64,000 nt of DNA from an uncultured archaeon (GCA_963810275.1 CAWENF010000014.1:41841-105840); one strand, 5' to 3'. Shown: positions 30,651-41,855, counted from the stretch's first letter. Numbers and translations: made by a program. Notes: generated from the letters alone by a model not told the origin.

Positions 30651-32924
30651 TTGTTTGAAGAGAAACAGAAAATAGCAATAACGTCAAAATACGTTTTAAC
30701 AGCTATTATAGTTATAGCCAGCTTGGTTGGACTATACTTTCTCTCTAGCTACGATTACTTGATTTTTCATGTTATTGTGGAATTTTTCAGCATAGTCATA
30801 GCCTTTGCCATATTCACCATTGCATGGAATACAAAGCACATAACTGAAAACTCGTACTTCCTGTTCATTGGCATAACATTCGTTTTTGTGGCAATTTTAG
30901 ACCTTTTCCACATGCTATCCTACAACGGTATGAACATTTTTTCACCGGAACAGTTTCCTGGCGCTAATTTAGCCACCCAGCTTTGGTTGGCAACCCGCTA
31001 CCTCTTTGCCGTATCGCTTCTTCTACCTTTGCTGTTCATTCGCAGTAAAGTGAAGGAAAACACAATACTTGCGGCTTACACAATAGTAACCGGGCTGCTT
31101 TTTGCTTCAATTTTAGTTTGGCAAAATTTTCCACTCGCTTACATAGCAGGAACGGGTTTAACTATGTTTAAAGTGGCAAGCGAGTTTGCGATATCAGGCA
31201 TAATTCTTGTCGCTATAGTCTTTTTGGTGAAGAAGAGAAATGAATTCAGCGATGAAATATTCAAACTGCTATTAGCAGCTATGGCTCTTGGTATAGCCAC
31301 TGAAATGGCTTTCACCGTCTACACCGACGTCTACGGCATCATGAACATGGTTGGACACCTATTAAACGTCATTTCATTTTTCTTCATCTATGTGGCGTTA
31401 GTCCAAACATCTCTAACCAAACCATACAACCTCTTGTTCCGTGACCTCAAACAAAGTGAAACAAACCTCGCTAAACACTCAGAAGAATTAACCAAAGTCA
31501 ACGAGAAACTCGCCCAGGAAATTGACCAACGCACAGCCGTCCAGAAAGCGTTGGAGCAAAGCGAGCAACAGTTGAAGTTAAAACTTGATGCTGTACTTTC
31601 TCCAGATATCGAGTTAACCGAGGAGGACTTAACCAACATAATAGACGTGACTTCGCTGCAGGCGACGATGGACTACCTCTACCGTGTCACAAACATGGCG
31701 TTTGCATTAATAAATCTCAAAGGCAAAGTTTTAGTGAAAACTGGATGGCAGGATATATGCACTAAATTTCACCGCGTAAATCCCGAAACCTGCCGTAACT
31801 GCATTGAAAGTGATCTTGAGCTTTCAAAATGGATTGAAAAAGGCAATGTTCGCCTATATAAATGCAAAAACAACCTTTGGGATGTTGCTACGCCCATCTT
31901 TCTCGGAGACAAACATGTGGGAAACGTGTTTTTTGGTCAATTCTTCTTTGACGACGAGCCACCTGACCGAACGATCTTTGAGAAGCAAGCAAAAAAATAT
32001 GGTTTTGATAAAGAAGCATATCTAGCGGCGTTTAACCGTGTACCGAGGTTTAACCGCAAAGACATAGACAGCCTGATGGTTTTCTACGCTCAAATGTCAG
32101 AGACAATCTCAAAGCTCAGCTACTCCAACCTTAAACTCGCAAGAGGCTTAAACGAGCAGAAGGAACTGCAACTTAGACTTGAAGGTAAAGCTGCTGAAGT
32201 AGAGGAGTATGCATCTCAGATGGAGGAGTTAGCTCAGGAGAGGGCGAAAAAACTTCAGGATGCAGAGAGGCTCTCGGCAATCGGCGCCACTGCTGGCATG
32301 GTTGGACACGACATAAGAAACCCTCTTCAGGCAATAACCAACGAACTTTACTTAGCAAAAAAGTCTATCGAGTATCTTCCGCATCATACAAAAGCCGAGC
32401 TGGAAGAGAGCATCCAAAGCATGGAAGACAACATCGTCTACATTAACAAGATAGTTGCCGACTTGCAGGACTTCGCTAAACCCCTTAACCCAAAGAGGGA
32501 GCAGGTTGACGTTGAGAATGCAGTTAAAGATGCACTTGCAATCGTAAATATCCCGGAAAACGTTGCAGTTTCAGTTAAAATAGCTCAGAACCTGTCGCCT
32601 TTGATTGCTGATTCAACTATGATTAGGCGGGTAATAGTTAACTTAGCGCAGAATGCGATTCAAGCTATGCCGGAGGGCGGGAACCTTACAATAACCGCTG
32701 TGTATAGAAAACGCAAAATAGTGATTGCCCTCCAAGACACCGGCGGAGGAATACCAAAAGAGGTACAGCCTAAACTGTTCACCCCGCTGATGACAACAAA
32801 GTCAAAAGGGCAAGGCTTTGGATTAGCCGTTGTTAAACGCATGACAGAAGCCATGTGTGGAAAAGTCAGCTACACAAGCCAACAAGAGAAAGGTACAACT
32901 TTCACGCTTGAATTCCCAGCTTGA
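30651..32924 (+). CDS. Sensor histidine kinase: MASE3 membrane domain plus PocR sensory domain plus HisKA/HATPase
   Basis: YLIFHVIVEFFSI (MASE3); GWQDICTKFHR...C.ESD...YKCKNNLWD.ATPI (PocR); GHDIRNPL, NLAQNA, DTGGGIP, GQGFGL. Confidence 0.88.
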   Translation: MFEEKQKIAITSKYVLTAIIVIASLVGLYFLSSYDYLIFHVIVEFFSIVIAFAIFTIAWNTKHITENSYFLFIGITFVFVAILDLFHMLSYNGMNIFSPEQFPGANLATQLWLATRYLFAVSLLLPLLFIRSKVKENTILAAYTIVTGLLFASILVWQNFPLAYIAGTGLTMFKVASEFAISGIILVAIVFLVKKRNEFSDEIFKLLLAAMALGIATEMAFTVYTDVYGIMNMVGHLLNVISFFFIYVALVQTSLTKPYNLLFRDLKQSETNLAKHSEELTKVNEKLAQEIDQRTAVQKALEQSEQQLKLKLDAVLSPDIELTEEDLTNIIDVTSLQATMDYLYRVTNMAFALINLKGKVLVKTGWQDICTKFHRVNPETCRNCIESDLELSKWIEKGNVRLYKCKNNLWDVATPIFLGDKHVGNVFFGQFFFDDEPPDRTIFEKQAKKYGFDKEAYLAAFNRVPRFNRKDIDSLMVFYAQMSETISKLSYSNLKLARGLNEQKELQLRLEGKAAEVEEYASQMEELAQERAKKLQDAERLSAIGATAGMVGHDIRNPLQAITNELYLAKKSIEYLPHHTKAELEESIQSMEDNIVYINKIVADLQDFAKPLNPKREQVDVENAVKDALAIVNIPENVAVSVKIAQNLSPLIADSTMIRRVIVNLAQNAIQAMPEGGNLTITAVYRKRKIVIALQDTGGGIPKEVQPKLFTPLMTTKSKGQGFGLAVVKRMTEAMCGKVSYTSQQEKGTTFTLEFPA

Positions 32925-32934
32925 GGGAGCTGAA

Positions 32935-33309
32935 TTGATAGAGAAACTGTTTGTCTACGGAATATTAACTCAGGTTAAGGTTCGCCGTGAAGTCATCAGC
33001 GAAGATAATCTGCGATATTTAGGTGAAGGCTCGATTGAGGCAGAACTTTACGATTTAGGCGCACACCCAGCAGCGATTCCATGCAATGGCAAACGGGTTA
33101 ACGGCACCGTGTATGAGTTAGCCGATTTAGGTGTTTTAGAACAACTCGACGAGTTTGAAGAGTATAAACACTCTGACCCCAAAGGCAGTCTTTACGTGCG
33201 TGCAGTTGCTGAAGTCACTTTGGAAAATGGCAAAACAGTTGCTTACGTTTATTTCTATAATCGCAGTGTCAAAAAAGCCAAGAAAATTGTCAACGGAAAA
33301 TGGAAATAG
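32935..33309 (+). CDS. Gamma-glutamylcyclotransferase family protein
   Basis: KLFVYGIL, V.GTVYE, LD.FEE, LY.R, AYVY. Confidence 0.8.
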   Translation: MIEKLFVYGILTQVKVRREVISEDNLRYLGEGSIEAELYDLGAHPAAIPCNGKRVNGTVYELADLGVLEQLDEFEEYKHSDPKGSLYVRAVAEVTLENGKTVAYVYFYNRSVKKAKKIVNGKWK

Positions 33310-34161
33310 TCATTTTTTGAAGCTAACTGCGGCATATCCGACAACACTTGAGTGGTCACCTGTAATGTCGCCGCTGTTGTGGTAAGCAAGCAAATCAGCT
33401 TTTGCGTTAACCCCGAACGCGTAGGTGAGGAGGCTGGTTATGGGGGCGTACCCGCAGGCAGAGACATCTCGTTCTTCGATGATTTCGTAGAAAGCTTTGG
33501 CATCTACTGCGATGGCGGCGTCTAAAGCTGCTTGGTCTTTTTGGGATGCGGTTTTGGCAGGTTCGTAGTGGGTCATGTCGGAGGATGCAATGACGACCGA
33601 GTTGGTTGCGTCAAGGGATTCAGTTAGGGCTCTGCCGATTTCCACTGCAGATTGGTAGTCATGCATCATGTAGCAGATAGGAACGATTTTGAATGTGTTG
33701 CCGTAGAGGAACTGAAGGAAAGGCAACTGCACTTCAAGAGAATGCTCAAAGCGATGTGCAAGTTCGTCAACGTCCAGGACCGACGTTTCTTGAAGAATGT
33801 CATCGGCGAGTGCCGTATCGATTTCCACGTTCCCAAACGGCGTCTGCCATGTGCCTTCACGCATAACCGACAAAGCGGAGCCGTAGCCAGTATGATTAGG
33901 GCCTAAAAGTATGACGGTGTCGGGTTTGCCGTCTAAAGCTAACTGGTAAAAAGCGTGTGCCGCCACGGGACCGCTGTAAAGATAGCCAGCATGGGGAGAA
34001 ATAAGTCCGACGATTTTGCGTGGGTGAGTTGATGTGTTAACAGTGGGGAGTTTTTGGGGTCCGAGTTTGCTGAGAAAACAACCGCTAAGTTGTGCTCTGA
34101 GTGCTTCGGCGTTGTCCTCGTAAAATTGAGAAGCGACAACTGCTCGCCGAAGCGGAGCCAA
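33310..34161 (-). CDS. MEMO1 / AmmeMemoRadiSam protein B
   Basis: PHAGY.YSG, LGPNH, EHSLEVQLPFLQ, ASSDMTHY, ACG. Confidence 0.92.
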   Translation of the reverse strand: MAPLRRAVVASQFYEDNAEALRAQLSGCFLSKLGPQKLPTVNTSTHPRKIVGLISPHAGYLYSGPVAAHAFYQLALDGKPDTVILLGPNHTGYGSALSVMREGTWQTPFGNVEIDTALADDILQETSVLDVDELAHRFEHSLEVQLPFLQFLYGNTFKIVPICYMMHDYQSAVEIGRALTESLDATNSVVIASSDMTHYEPAKTASQKDQAALDAAIAVDAKAFYEIIEERDVSACGYAPITSLLTYAFGVNAKADLLAYHNSGDITGDHSSVVGYAAVSFKK

Positions 34162-34163
34162 CT

Positions 34164-35063
34164 TTAGGGTTCATCCTCCTCGTCTCGGGTGACTTTAGCT
34201 TCGAAGTCTTCGATGCTGACTGAGGGATCTTTGTCTGGGGCTAGTTCGCCTCTTTCTCTTAGGACTTGGCGTGCCAGCAGCCAGAAGATGACTGCGAGTG
34301 CGCGGCGGCCTTTGTTGTTGGTTGGGATAACTAAGTCTACGCCGCTGAATTCGTTGTCGGTGCTGCATAGCGCCACGATAGGTATGCCGACAGCGGATGC
34401 TTCTTTGACTGCCTGAGCGTCTGCGCGTGGGTCTGAGACGACGATGACTTCGGGGTCAACTCTGTTTTGGTATTGCGGGTTGCTAAGTTGTCCTGGGATG
34501 AATCTGCCAATGATGGGAGTCGCGCCTGTTAGTTTGCAGAACATTTTAACTGGTTCATGGGCGTATAGACGGGTGGCTGCTATAGCTACTTTACTGGGTT
34601 CGTAACGTGAAAGGAATTTGGCGGTTGTGCGGATGCGGTCGTCTGTTTTTTTGACGTCTAAGACGAATAAGCCATCTGGTCGGACACGGTAGATAAATGG
34701 TTCCATGTCTAGGGTTTTCATTCGGGTACCGATGTGTATACCTGCGGAGAGCAGGGTATCTCGTGGTAGAAGAAGAGTTTCTTCAGGTCCCGTTTCAACC
34801 GGTGCTTGTGGTGCTTCAAATTCTTCTTCCTCTTCTGATTCTTCGCTTTCTTCTTCGACTGGTGTCTCTTGGACAATTTCTTCAGATGCTTCTTCTTCAG
34901 CTTCTTGAGCAAATGGAGCTTCAGTTTCTTCTTCAGTTACGGTTTCTTCTGAAACTGGTTCATCTTGAGGTTCAGCTTCAACGGTTTCTGCTGGCTCCTC
35001 AACTGGTTCTTCTTCTAATTGGGTGTCTTCGGGTAGGTTTTCTTTTGTTTGATCTTCAGACAT
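34164..35063 (-). CDS. rps2: 30S ribosomal protein S2 with about 95-aa acidic N-terminal extension
   Basis: [40 protein letters not shown]. Confidence 0.95.
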   Translation of the reverse strand: MSEDQTKENLPEDTQLEEEPVEEPAETVEAEPQDEPVSEETVTEEETEAPFAQEAEEEASEEIVQETPVEEESEESEEEEEFEAPQAPVETGPEETLLLPRDTLLSAGIHIGTRMKTLDMEPFIYRVRPDGLFVLDVKKTDDRIRTTAKFLSRYEPSKVAIAATRLYAHEPVKMFCKLTGATPIIGRFIPGQLSNPQYQNRVDPEVIVVSDPRADAQAVKEASAVGIPIVALCSTDNEFSGVDLVIPTNNKGRRALAVIFWLLARQVLRERGELAPDKDPSVSIEDFEAKVTRDEEDEP

Positions 35064-35080
35064 TCTTATTCATCTTCTCT

Positions 35081-36334
35081 TTAGCGTATATTTAGGTAAG
35101 CCATTCTGGCTCTGTTTCCAAGGAAATGCTCAATGCGTATGAGCTCGTTTAATTTGGCGATGCGTGCGCCTTCTACCACACCTGTTTTGATAACCGGGCA
35201 TCTATATGCTACAGCTAAATGGGCGATGTGCCAATCGCATGTGTCCCCGCTACGATGCGAAACCACAGGGGAGTAGCCGTTAGTTTGGGCTGTTTCGATT
35301 GTTTCAGCTGCATCGGTTAAGGTGCCTATCTGGTTAACTTTGATGATGATAGCGTTTCCCGCGTTAATCTTAATTCCGTTATTTAACCTTTCAGTATTGG
35401 TTGTAAACAAATCGTCACCGCAAATTAAACAATTCTTCGATTTCTTTGTGAGTTCCGCAAAGCTTTCGAAGTCATCCTCTTGGAAAGCATCCTCCACGTA
35501 GACAAGGTGGTACTTCTCTATTAAATCAAGCATGTACTCCAGTTGCTCTGCTGTGTCGCGTTTCACGCCGTCTTGGGTGTAAACGTATTTTTCTTCTTTT
35601 GGCTTCCAAAAGTTGGATGCCGCCACGTCAATACCAAAACCGCATTCGAAATCCAACTCATTACCTACTTCCTCACAAGCACGGGCGATTACTTCAAACG
35701 CATCATCGGTTGTGATGTTGGCTATCCATGCACCCTCGTCGCTCTTGCCGCCGTTAAAGGTAGTGCTTTTCTTCTTAAGAGAGTCGCTGATGCGTTTGTG
35801 GATTAGGGTGTTGGCGGTTTGGGCTTCAAGGAAACTTTCTGCGCCGTGGGGTAAACTGAGGTATTCTTGGATTACGGGTGCTTTGCCGCGTGCGTGGGCG
35901 CCGCCACTTATGCAGTTGCCCAATGGAAATGGCATAGTGTTGGCTGCATTTCCGCCTAAGAATTGGAACAAGAGCAAGCCATGGCTGTTGGCTGCTGCTT
36001 CTGCGTTTGCAAGGCTTATGGCGAATGCGGTGTTGCCGCCTACATTTTTAAAGTCGGCGGTGCCGTCTATTTCGTGAAGAGTGTTGTCGATTTCCTCTTG
36101 GAAATCAGCGTTTAAGCCTGCAAGCTCTGGAGCAACTATTTCATCAACTTTTTTGATGGCTGCCTCAACGCCTCCCGTCGGGTAATAAGCCACTTCGGCT
36201 TTTCCTTTGCTCTTACCGGCTGGCGCGCCTGAGCGTCCGAAACCGCCGGCAGTAATAACATCTACTTCTATGGTTTCTTCTCCGCGGTTATTGAAAATTT
36301 TTCTTGCGATGAGGTCCTCAATGATTGATGACAC
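35081..36334 (-). CDS. eno: Enolase
   Basis: APAGKS.G..E, SDEGA, GDDLFTTN, IKVNQIGTL, VSHRSG. Confidence 0.95.
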   Translation of the reverse strand: MSSIIEDLIARKIFNNRGEETIEVDVITAGGFGRSGAPAGKSKGKAEVAYYPTGGVEAAIKKVDEIVAPELAGLNADFQEEIDNTLHEIDGTADFKNVGGNTAFAISLANAEAAANSHGLLLFQFLGGNAANTMPFPLGNCISGGAHARGKAPVIQEYLSLPHGAESFLEAQTANTLIHKRISDSLKKKSTTFNGGKSDEGAWIANITTDDAFEVIARACEEVGNELDFECGFGIDVAASNFWKPKEEKYVYTQDGVKRDTAEQLEYMLDLIEKYHLVYVEDAFQEDDFESFAELTKKSKNCLICGDDLFTTNTERLNNGIKINAGNAIIIKVNQIGTLTDAAETIETAQTNGYSPVVSHRSGDTCDWHIAHLAVAYRCPVIKTGVVEGARIAKLNELIRIEHFLGNRARMAYLNIR

Positions 36335-36571
36335 GATAATATTAACCTCAAGACGCTATAGTTTTGTAGTCGGGTTATTTTAGGTTTCGGAAAACAGGAT
36401 GTTATAACTAGCCTCTCAAGTGTTCAACCTGCCTTTTTGTTATAAATAGCACTCTTGCTCTATGTTGATCACAGGTCACTCACTTACATAAACCCTTGAA
36501 TATTTACAGCGTCATTCTTGTAGAGTTTTTGGCTGAACTAACAGTTTTTAGTTAGTTTCTTGACAAATCTG

Positions 36572-38603
36572 CTAAACCAGCTTCCGCTTCTGCCTGAGCC
36601 ACCGTTGCAAAACTAAAACCACAGCCAAAACCGCTGCAACCACAATCGCAGCTACAGCAATAGCCAGAAAGGGAAACGCCTCGGCCGAATCGGATGCGGC
36701 AACCACGTAAGGGCGCATCATCTCATTATCTTCATGCTCCAATAGGTGACAGTGCCAAACGTAGCCGGGGCCAGCGGTTGCGTCGAAAGAAAATGGAGCG
36801 CCGTCCTGCTGGGGTCCACCGTGCCCGAATTGTGACGACTTCACCTGAGTTGACAATGACTGTGTCTTTCCAGCCTTGCTCGCTTGGAGCAGCTGGCCAC
36901 GGTTCACCTGTTAGATACGGGCTTAGGGATTCGACGTTTACAGTGGGGTTTTTTAGTGGTAGTTCGCCATTAAGGTTGTTCCAGTCTTCGAGGTAGCTAG
37001 TTATGTCGAAATTTTGGCGGCTCACCACCTGGAACTGGATTAGGTGTAAGTGGATAGGGTGTACATCCATCATGGTGTTGACCAGTGCCCAGTCTTCGGT
37101 TGACCCAACTATAGGGTTTTCGGAAATAGATGCTGACCAGTCCTGCCCGTCAAGAAGGAGTTCTTGGTCACCGTTTGGACCCCCAATGCCCGTCAACGTT
37201 AGAATTCTCGTTTTTGAGGGGGCGGGCAAAGTTGGGTAGTTGCCTGCCAGCAGGGGGTTAAGGTTTTGAGGGAGGTCGGGTGCGACTGCACTCTGTTTAT
37301 CCAAGACGGTGAACTGCATGATTTTCCCTGTTGTGTCAGCGGTGGATGAGTCTATTTCGGCAATGTTTTGCAGGATGATTTGTTGTCCTGCTGGAATGCT
37401 AGAGAAGTCGACAAGGATGTCTATGCGTTCGGCTGGCGCAACCAGCTTTGAAGTTAATTCTACTGGGGATTTAAGGTAGCCGCCGTCCGAACCGACCTGC
37501 GTAAAAGACATTCCATTTGAGAATTGCAGCTGGTAGAAACGACTGTTGGAGCCATCCAGAATGCGGAAGCGGTAGACGCCCTGCTCCACATTCATGTTCG
37601 GCCACACCTTCCCGTTGACCACGAGAGTATTGCCAAGAAATGTCGGTTGCCATATGGGGTGAAAATCGGGGTAGTTGCCTTCGGTGGGGTAGTATAGGGA
37701 GCCGTTTTGGTAAAAACTACGATCTTGAAGCAGCAGAGGTATGTCGTAGGCGCCACTTGGCATAACTTGCTCAACTGGATTTGTGCTGTTTCTTAAGATA
37801 TAAAAACCAGCTAACCCCGAAAGAACGTTTAGGCGGGTTACACCCAATGCGTGGTCGTGATACCACAAGTTGGCTGGGGGCTGGGTGTTGGGGTAGATGT
37901 AGACGGCGGCATTTGGGTCGGTGGGCTCTTCGGTAGTGTAGGCGGAGCCGTGTTTGCCATCGGGGGTGTACCATGATTCGGGGAAGCCATCACTGACGGA
38001 GGATACTTCACCGCCGTGCAGGTGCGTGACAATGGGGACGGGCGAGAGGGCAGAGGCAGTCGTGGAGACGGTCGCTTGCGGGTTCACTCCGCCCATAGAT
38101 AAACCGTTAGGGTTAGCCCAGTGAATAGTAGAGTCCACCGGCAAAATGTAGCTTAACAGGTTGCCTTTGGAGTCCACCAGGCTGTTAACCCATTTCACCT
38201 TAACGGGCACGCCCTGAATCGCCTCAAAAGTGCATCCGGGAGTAAAGCCTACCATCCCCAAGTCGGCGCCTGTGACTCCGTCTTTAGCTGGACCTTGGTA
38301 GCCCCAAACCGTTGTCGATGGATATTCAGTTGGGGAACCATCTTCGTGAATGGTGGGCAGCATCTGCTGGTTAAACTCTCTGACTTCGACGGTGTAGTCC
38401 TGTCTGATGAGGGTTTCTTGGCTGTCGGTTACGTTCACTGCTTCGAAAACTGGTGGTGGATTGGTGAGTTGATTTGTGAATTTAGGGATTGCAGCGGGGT
38501 CAAGCAGCTGCGGTCCTGTTTGTCCACTAGTTGGTTGAATTGGAATCACAACTAGAGCGGTGATTAGTGCCGTGAGAAGTAAAGTTTTCAGTACAGATGT
38601 CAT
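36572..38603 (-). CDS. Multicopper oxidase (CotA/bilirubin oxidase-like), signal peptide and C-terminal TM anchor; frameshift about 36812
   Basis: HLHGG, WYHDH, HPIHLHL and, after the shift, [14 protein letters not shown] copper motifs. Confidence 0.88.
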
Positions 38604-38773
38604 TTTTTAATCCTCAAAACTCTACAGTATCTTTGAGAGGTTGAAATAGAAAACACTTCCGCTTTTCCTTATGCAAACGGCTTGCGGAGACATCTTTGCA
38701 GTTTGGCAATCAGGGGTTTGAATGTGAATGTTTTTATCTCCAACCACAATACAATCAGGTCAAGGTGTAACTT

Positions 38774-39709
38774 ATGGGTAAAGGGTCAGGTTACGGTAAA
38801 GTCATCCTGTTTGGCGAACACTTCGTTGTGCACGGCGTGCCCGGCGTAGTTTCCGCCATCGATTCCTCAACGGACGCAGAAGTAAAGAAATCAGCTAAAA
38901 TGAGCATTAGAGACGAGCGGAAAACCGCTAAAGGCTACAGCGAAGAGAAAAAGATGCAGCAAATCGAATCCATCGAGCGCATGCTCAAAGCCATGGATTT
39001 GGACTCCAAAATGGCGTTTGACATCTGGATAGGCGGCTCTCTACCAGGCTTCAGTGGACTAGGCGCATCCGCGGCCTCCAGCGTTGCCATTGCACGAGCC
39101 ATTTCTGAAGAGCTCAACTTGGGTTTGTCTAACGATAAAATCAACTCGGTTGCTTACGAAGGCGAAAAAGCCTATGCAGGCAACCCGTCGGGTATCGACA
39201 ACACCGCAGCCACCTACGGCGGGTTGATGTGGTTTAAGAAAAACCCCGCGGGTGGACAGGACTTGGTGGAGAAAATTCACATTAAACGCCCAGTCGAAAT
39301 CGTAATCGGCAGCACAGGCAAAGTCGCCAACACTAAAGCCATGGTGGAAGGCGTAGCTGACCGCAGAAAAGCCAACCCAGCCAAATACGACCCTCTGTTT
39401 AAGCAGGCAGAAAACATTGCAGTTGCAGGCAGAAAAGCGCTGGAGGCAGGCGACCTTAAAAAAGTCGGCGACCTCATGAACGAGAACCACAGGATTTTGC
39501 AAGAAATCGGCGTGTCAAGCAAAGAACTGGACTTGCTCGTGGACATTGCCCGCAAGCAGGGCGCTTTTGGCGCTAAGTTGACAGGCGGCGGCGGAGGCGG
39601 CTGCATGGTTGCGTTATGCGGCGGCAAAGAGGTCGCTGGTAAAATTGTGGGTGCCTTTAAGGGCGCTGGCTTTGAGTATTTGATGACTAGAATCGGCGTC
39701 GTAAACTAA
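38774..39709 (+). CDS. mvk: Mevalonate kinase (GHMP kinase)
   Basis: GKVILFGEHFVVHG, SGLGASAA, NPSGIDN, GAKLTGGGGGG. Confidence 0.9.
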   Translation: MGKGSGYGKVILFGEHFVVHGVPGVVSAIDSSTDAEVKKSAKMSIRDERKTAKGYSEEKKMQQIESIERMLKAMDLDSKMAFDIWIGGSLPGFSGLGASAASSVAIARAISEELNLGLSNDKINSVAYEGEKAYAGNPSGIDNTAATYGGLMWFKKNPAGGQDLVEKIHIKRPVEIVIGSTGKVANTKAMVEGVADRRKANPAKYDPLFKQAENIAVAGRKALEAGDLKKVGDLMNENHRILQEIGVSSKELDLLVDIARKQGAFGAKLTGGGGGGCMVALCGGKEVAGKIVGAFKGAGFEYLMTRIGVVN

Positions 39710-39967
39710 TAGAATCTTATTTTGGGCCACCTTTGCCCTTATTGTTTTTCTAAGTTTCTTAGTCCAGAAACCTTGACAAAACACTGACAGAAAACCGGAT
39801 AAAAAACGATTATTAACCGCCCACGAACTCAGAACACATAAGAACACTAAGCAAAGTCTCAGCCCTACATCTGGTGTTGGAGGAGGCAACCATAGCAGCT
39901 CCAAACATGATTTAAGCATTCACCACCTCAAATCCAGCATGGCACCCCGGTTTGGAGTAGCACCTTT

Positions 39968-40413
39968 TGCGATGAGAGTTATGAGTGGGCTTTTTGTGTG
40001 GTTCAAACAAGCGACTCAGGATACTCCCTTGCGGGGTACACACTATTTCTTGTGGTGCGGGTCAGGCGGATGTTTGGCTTGTTAAAGTGGACTCTTTCGG
40101 ATGCCAAGAATGGAACAGAACCTTTGGCGACGCCGGGTTTGATTGGGCTTCTTCGCTGATCAAACATCTGACGGCGGGTTTGCGTTGGCTGGAACAACTT
40201 ATTCTTCTGACGAAAGAGGCTATGATGCTTGGCTAATCAAAACCGATGGTGCAGGAAGTTGCATGGAGTCGAAGCTTCGGCGGTGTAGGCGACGACCAAG
40301 CACTCGCAGTGGTGCCTGTGGGTGACGGCGGGTTTGTGCTGTGCGGCTCAACCAATACCTATGGGGTTGGTGCGTGGGATATGTGGCTGTTTAAGGCTTC
40401 AGGCAGCCCATAA
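39968..40413 (+). pseudogene. Remnant of secreted beta-propeller-like repeat protein
   Basis: Repeats D.WL.K.D..G...W..TFG...D.A.S...T.DGG...AG spread over three frames. Confidence 0.65.
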
Positions 40414-40531
40414 AACGGGTTTTTCATAATCCACTGCGGGTTATTGATATTTATTCCTCTGTTCTGTCAAAGCATTTTTCCAAAACCTATAAACGCAGAC
40501 TCAACATCTTTTCCAATTTGAGGCAAACAGT

Positions 40532-41845
40532 TTGACACTCAGAGGCTTCATAGAGCAACTAAAGCAAAATGGAGAATTAACACAGATTACAAAGCCCGTC
40601 TCAGTCGAGTACGAGATGGCAGGCATTATCGATGCAAACAGCGAGCGGCCAGTCATGTTTGAAAACGTCAAAAAATCCGCTGTGCCGGTTGTGGCGGGTT
40701 TGGTGTCTTCGAAAGATTTGATTTGCAGAAGCATCGGCATCACCAAAGAGCAGTTGCTGCCCAAGTTGCTTGACGCCATCGAAAACCCAGTGGCGCCCAA
40801 ACTGGTCACGGAGGCGCCGTGCCAGGAAGTGGTCGAATGCGGCGCAGACGTTGACTTAACCAAGCTGCCGATCATGCATTACACTGACAAAGACGGCGGC
40901 AAATACATCGCCAGCGCAGTCTCAATCGTCAAAGACCCCGAACTGGGCCAAAACATGTGTTTCCATCGCCTGATGCTTAAAGACAAAAACCACTTCGTCG
41001 CCCGCATAGTGGAACGCAGAGGCACCGATACTACGCTGCAGAAAGCCGGCGGCGAACTCGATATAGCCATCTGCCTGGGAAACTCCACACCAGTGCTTCT
41101 CGCAGCAGCTACTACGTTGCCGATGGGCGTCAACGAACTTGGAATGGCAAACGCCATAGAAAAAACCGACGTGGTGAAATGCAAAACCATCGACGTGGAA
41201 GTGCCAGCCGACTGCGAATATGTATTAGAAGGCAGAATCACCAAAGAGAAAGCTTCCGAAGGACCCTTCCTCGATTTGACAGGCATTGTTGACCGCACCC
41301 GAATGCAGCCTGTGGTTGAAATCAAATGCATTACACACCGCAAAAACCCCATTTACCAAACCATCCTTGCCGGCCGTAACGAGCACAAGTTCCTCATGGG
41401 CATGCCAAAAGAACCCACAATCTTCAAAGAAGTCAGCAAAGTCTGCCAATGCAAAGACGTCTACATCACCCCTGGCGGATGCAGCTGGCTCCACGCAGTC
41501 GTCCAAATCAAAAAACAGGCACCTGACGACGGTAAAAAAGCCATCGAAGCCACCTTCAAGGGCCACGGCTCACTCAAACACTGCGTCATAGTAGACGAAG
41601 ACATCAACATCTACGACCCGCACGATGTGGAGTGGGCAATCGCCACACGGTTTCAGGCAGACAAAAACTCGGTTATCATGTCCAACCAGCCCGGCAGCAG
41701 CCTTGACCCCTCCGGCGACTTATCCGAGGGCAAGAAGGCAACCACTGCCAAAGCAGGCTTAGACGCCACCATTCCGGAGTCAACCACGGGCAAGGGCTTC
41801 GCAAAAGTAGACTACGTAAAAGTAGACCTAAACAAGTACATGTAA
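40532..41845 (+). CDS. ubiD: UbiD-family decarboxylase, probable trans-anhydromevalonate 5-phosphate decarboxylase
   Basis: DLTKLPI, EGPF.D.TG, V.VDEDINIYD...VEWAIATRFQ; adjacent to AcnX subunits and mvk. Confidence 0.85.
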   Translation: MTLRGFIEQLKQNGELTQITKPVSVEYEMAGIIDANSERPVMFENVKKSAVPVVAGLVSSKDLICRSIGITKEQLLPKLLDAIENPVAPKLVTEAPCQEVVECGADVDLTKLPIMHYTDKDGGKYIASAVSIVKDPELGQNMCFHRLMLKDKNHFVARIVERRGTDTTLQKAGGELDIAICLGNSTPVLLAAATTLPMGVNELGMANAIEKTDVVKCKTIDVEVPADCEYVLEGRITKEKASEGPFLDLTGIVDRTRMQPVVEIKCITHRKNPIYQTILAGRNEHKFLMGMPKEPTIFKEVSKVCQCKDVYITPGGCSWLHAVVQIKKQAPDDGKKAIEATFKGHGSLKHCVIVDEDINIYDPHDVEWAIATRFQADKNSVIMSNQPGSSLDPSGDLSEGKKATTAKAGLDATIPESTTGKGFAKVDYVKVDLNKYM

Positions 41846-41855
41846 GTGACCAACC

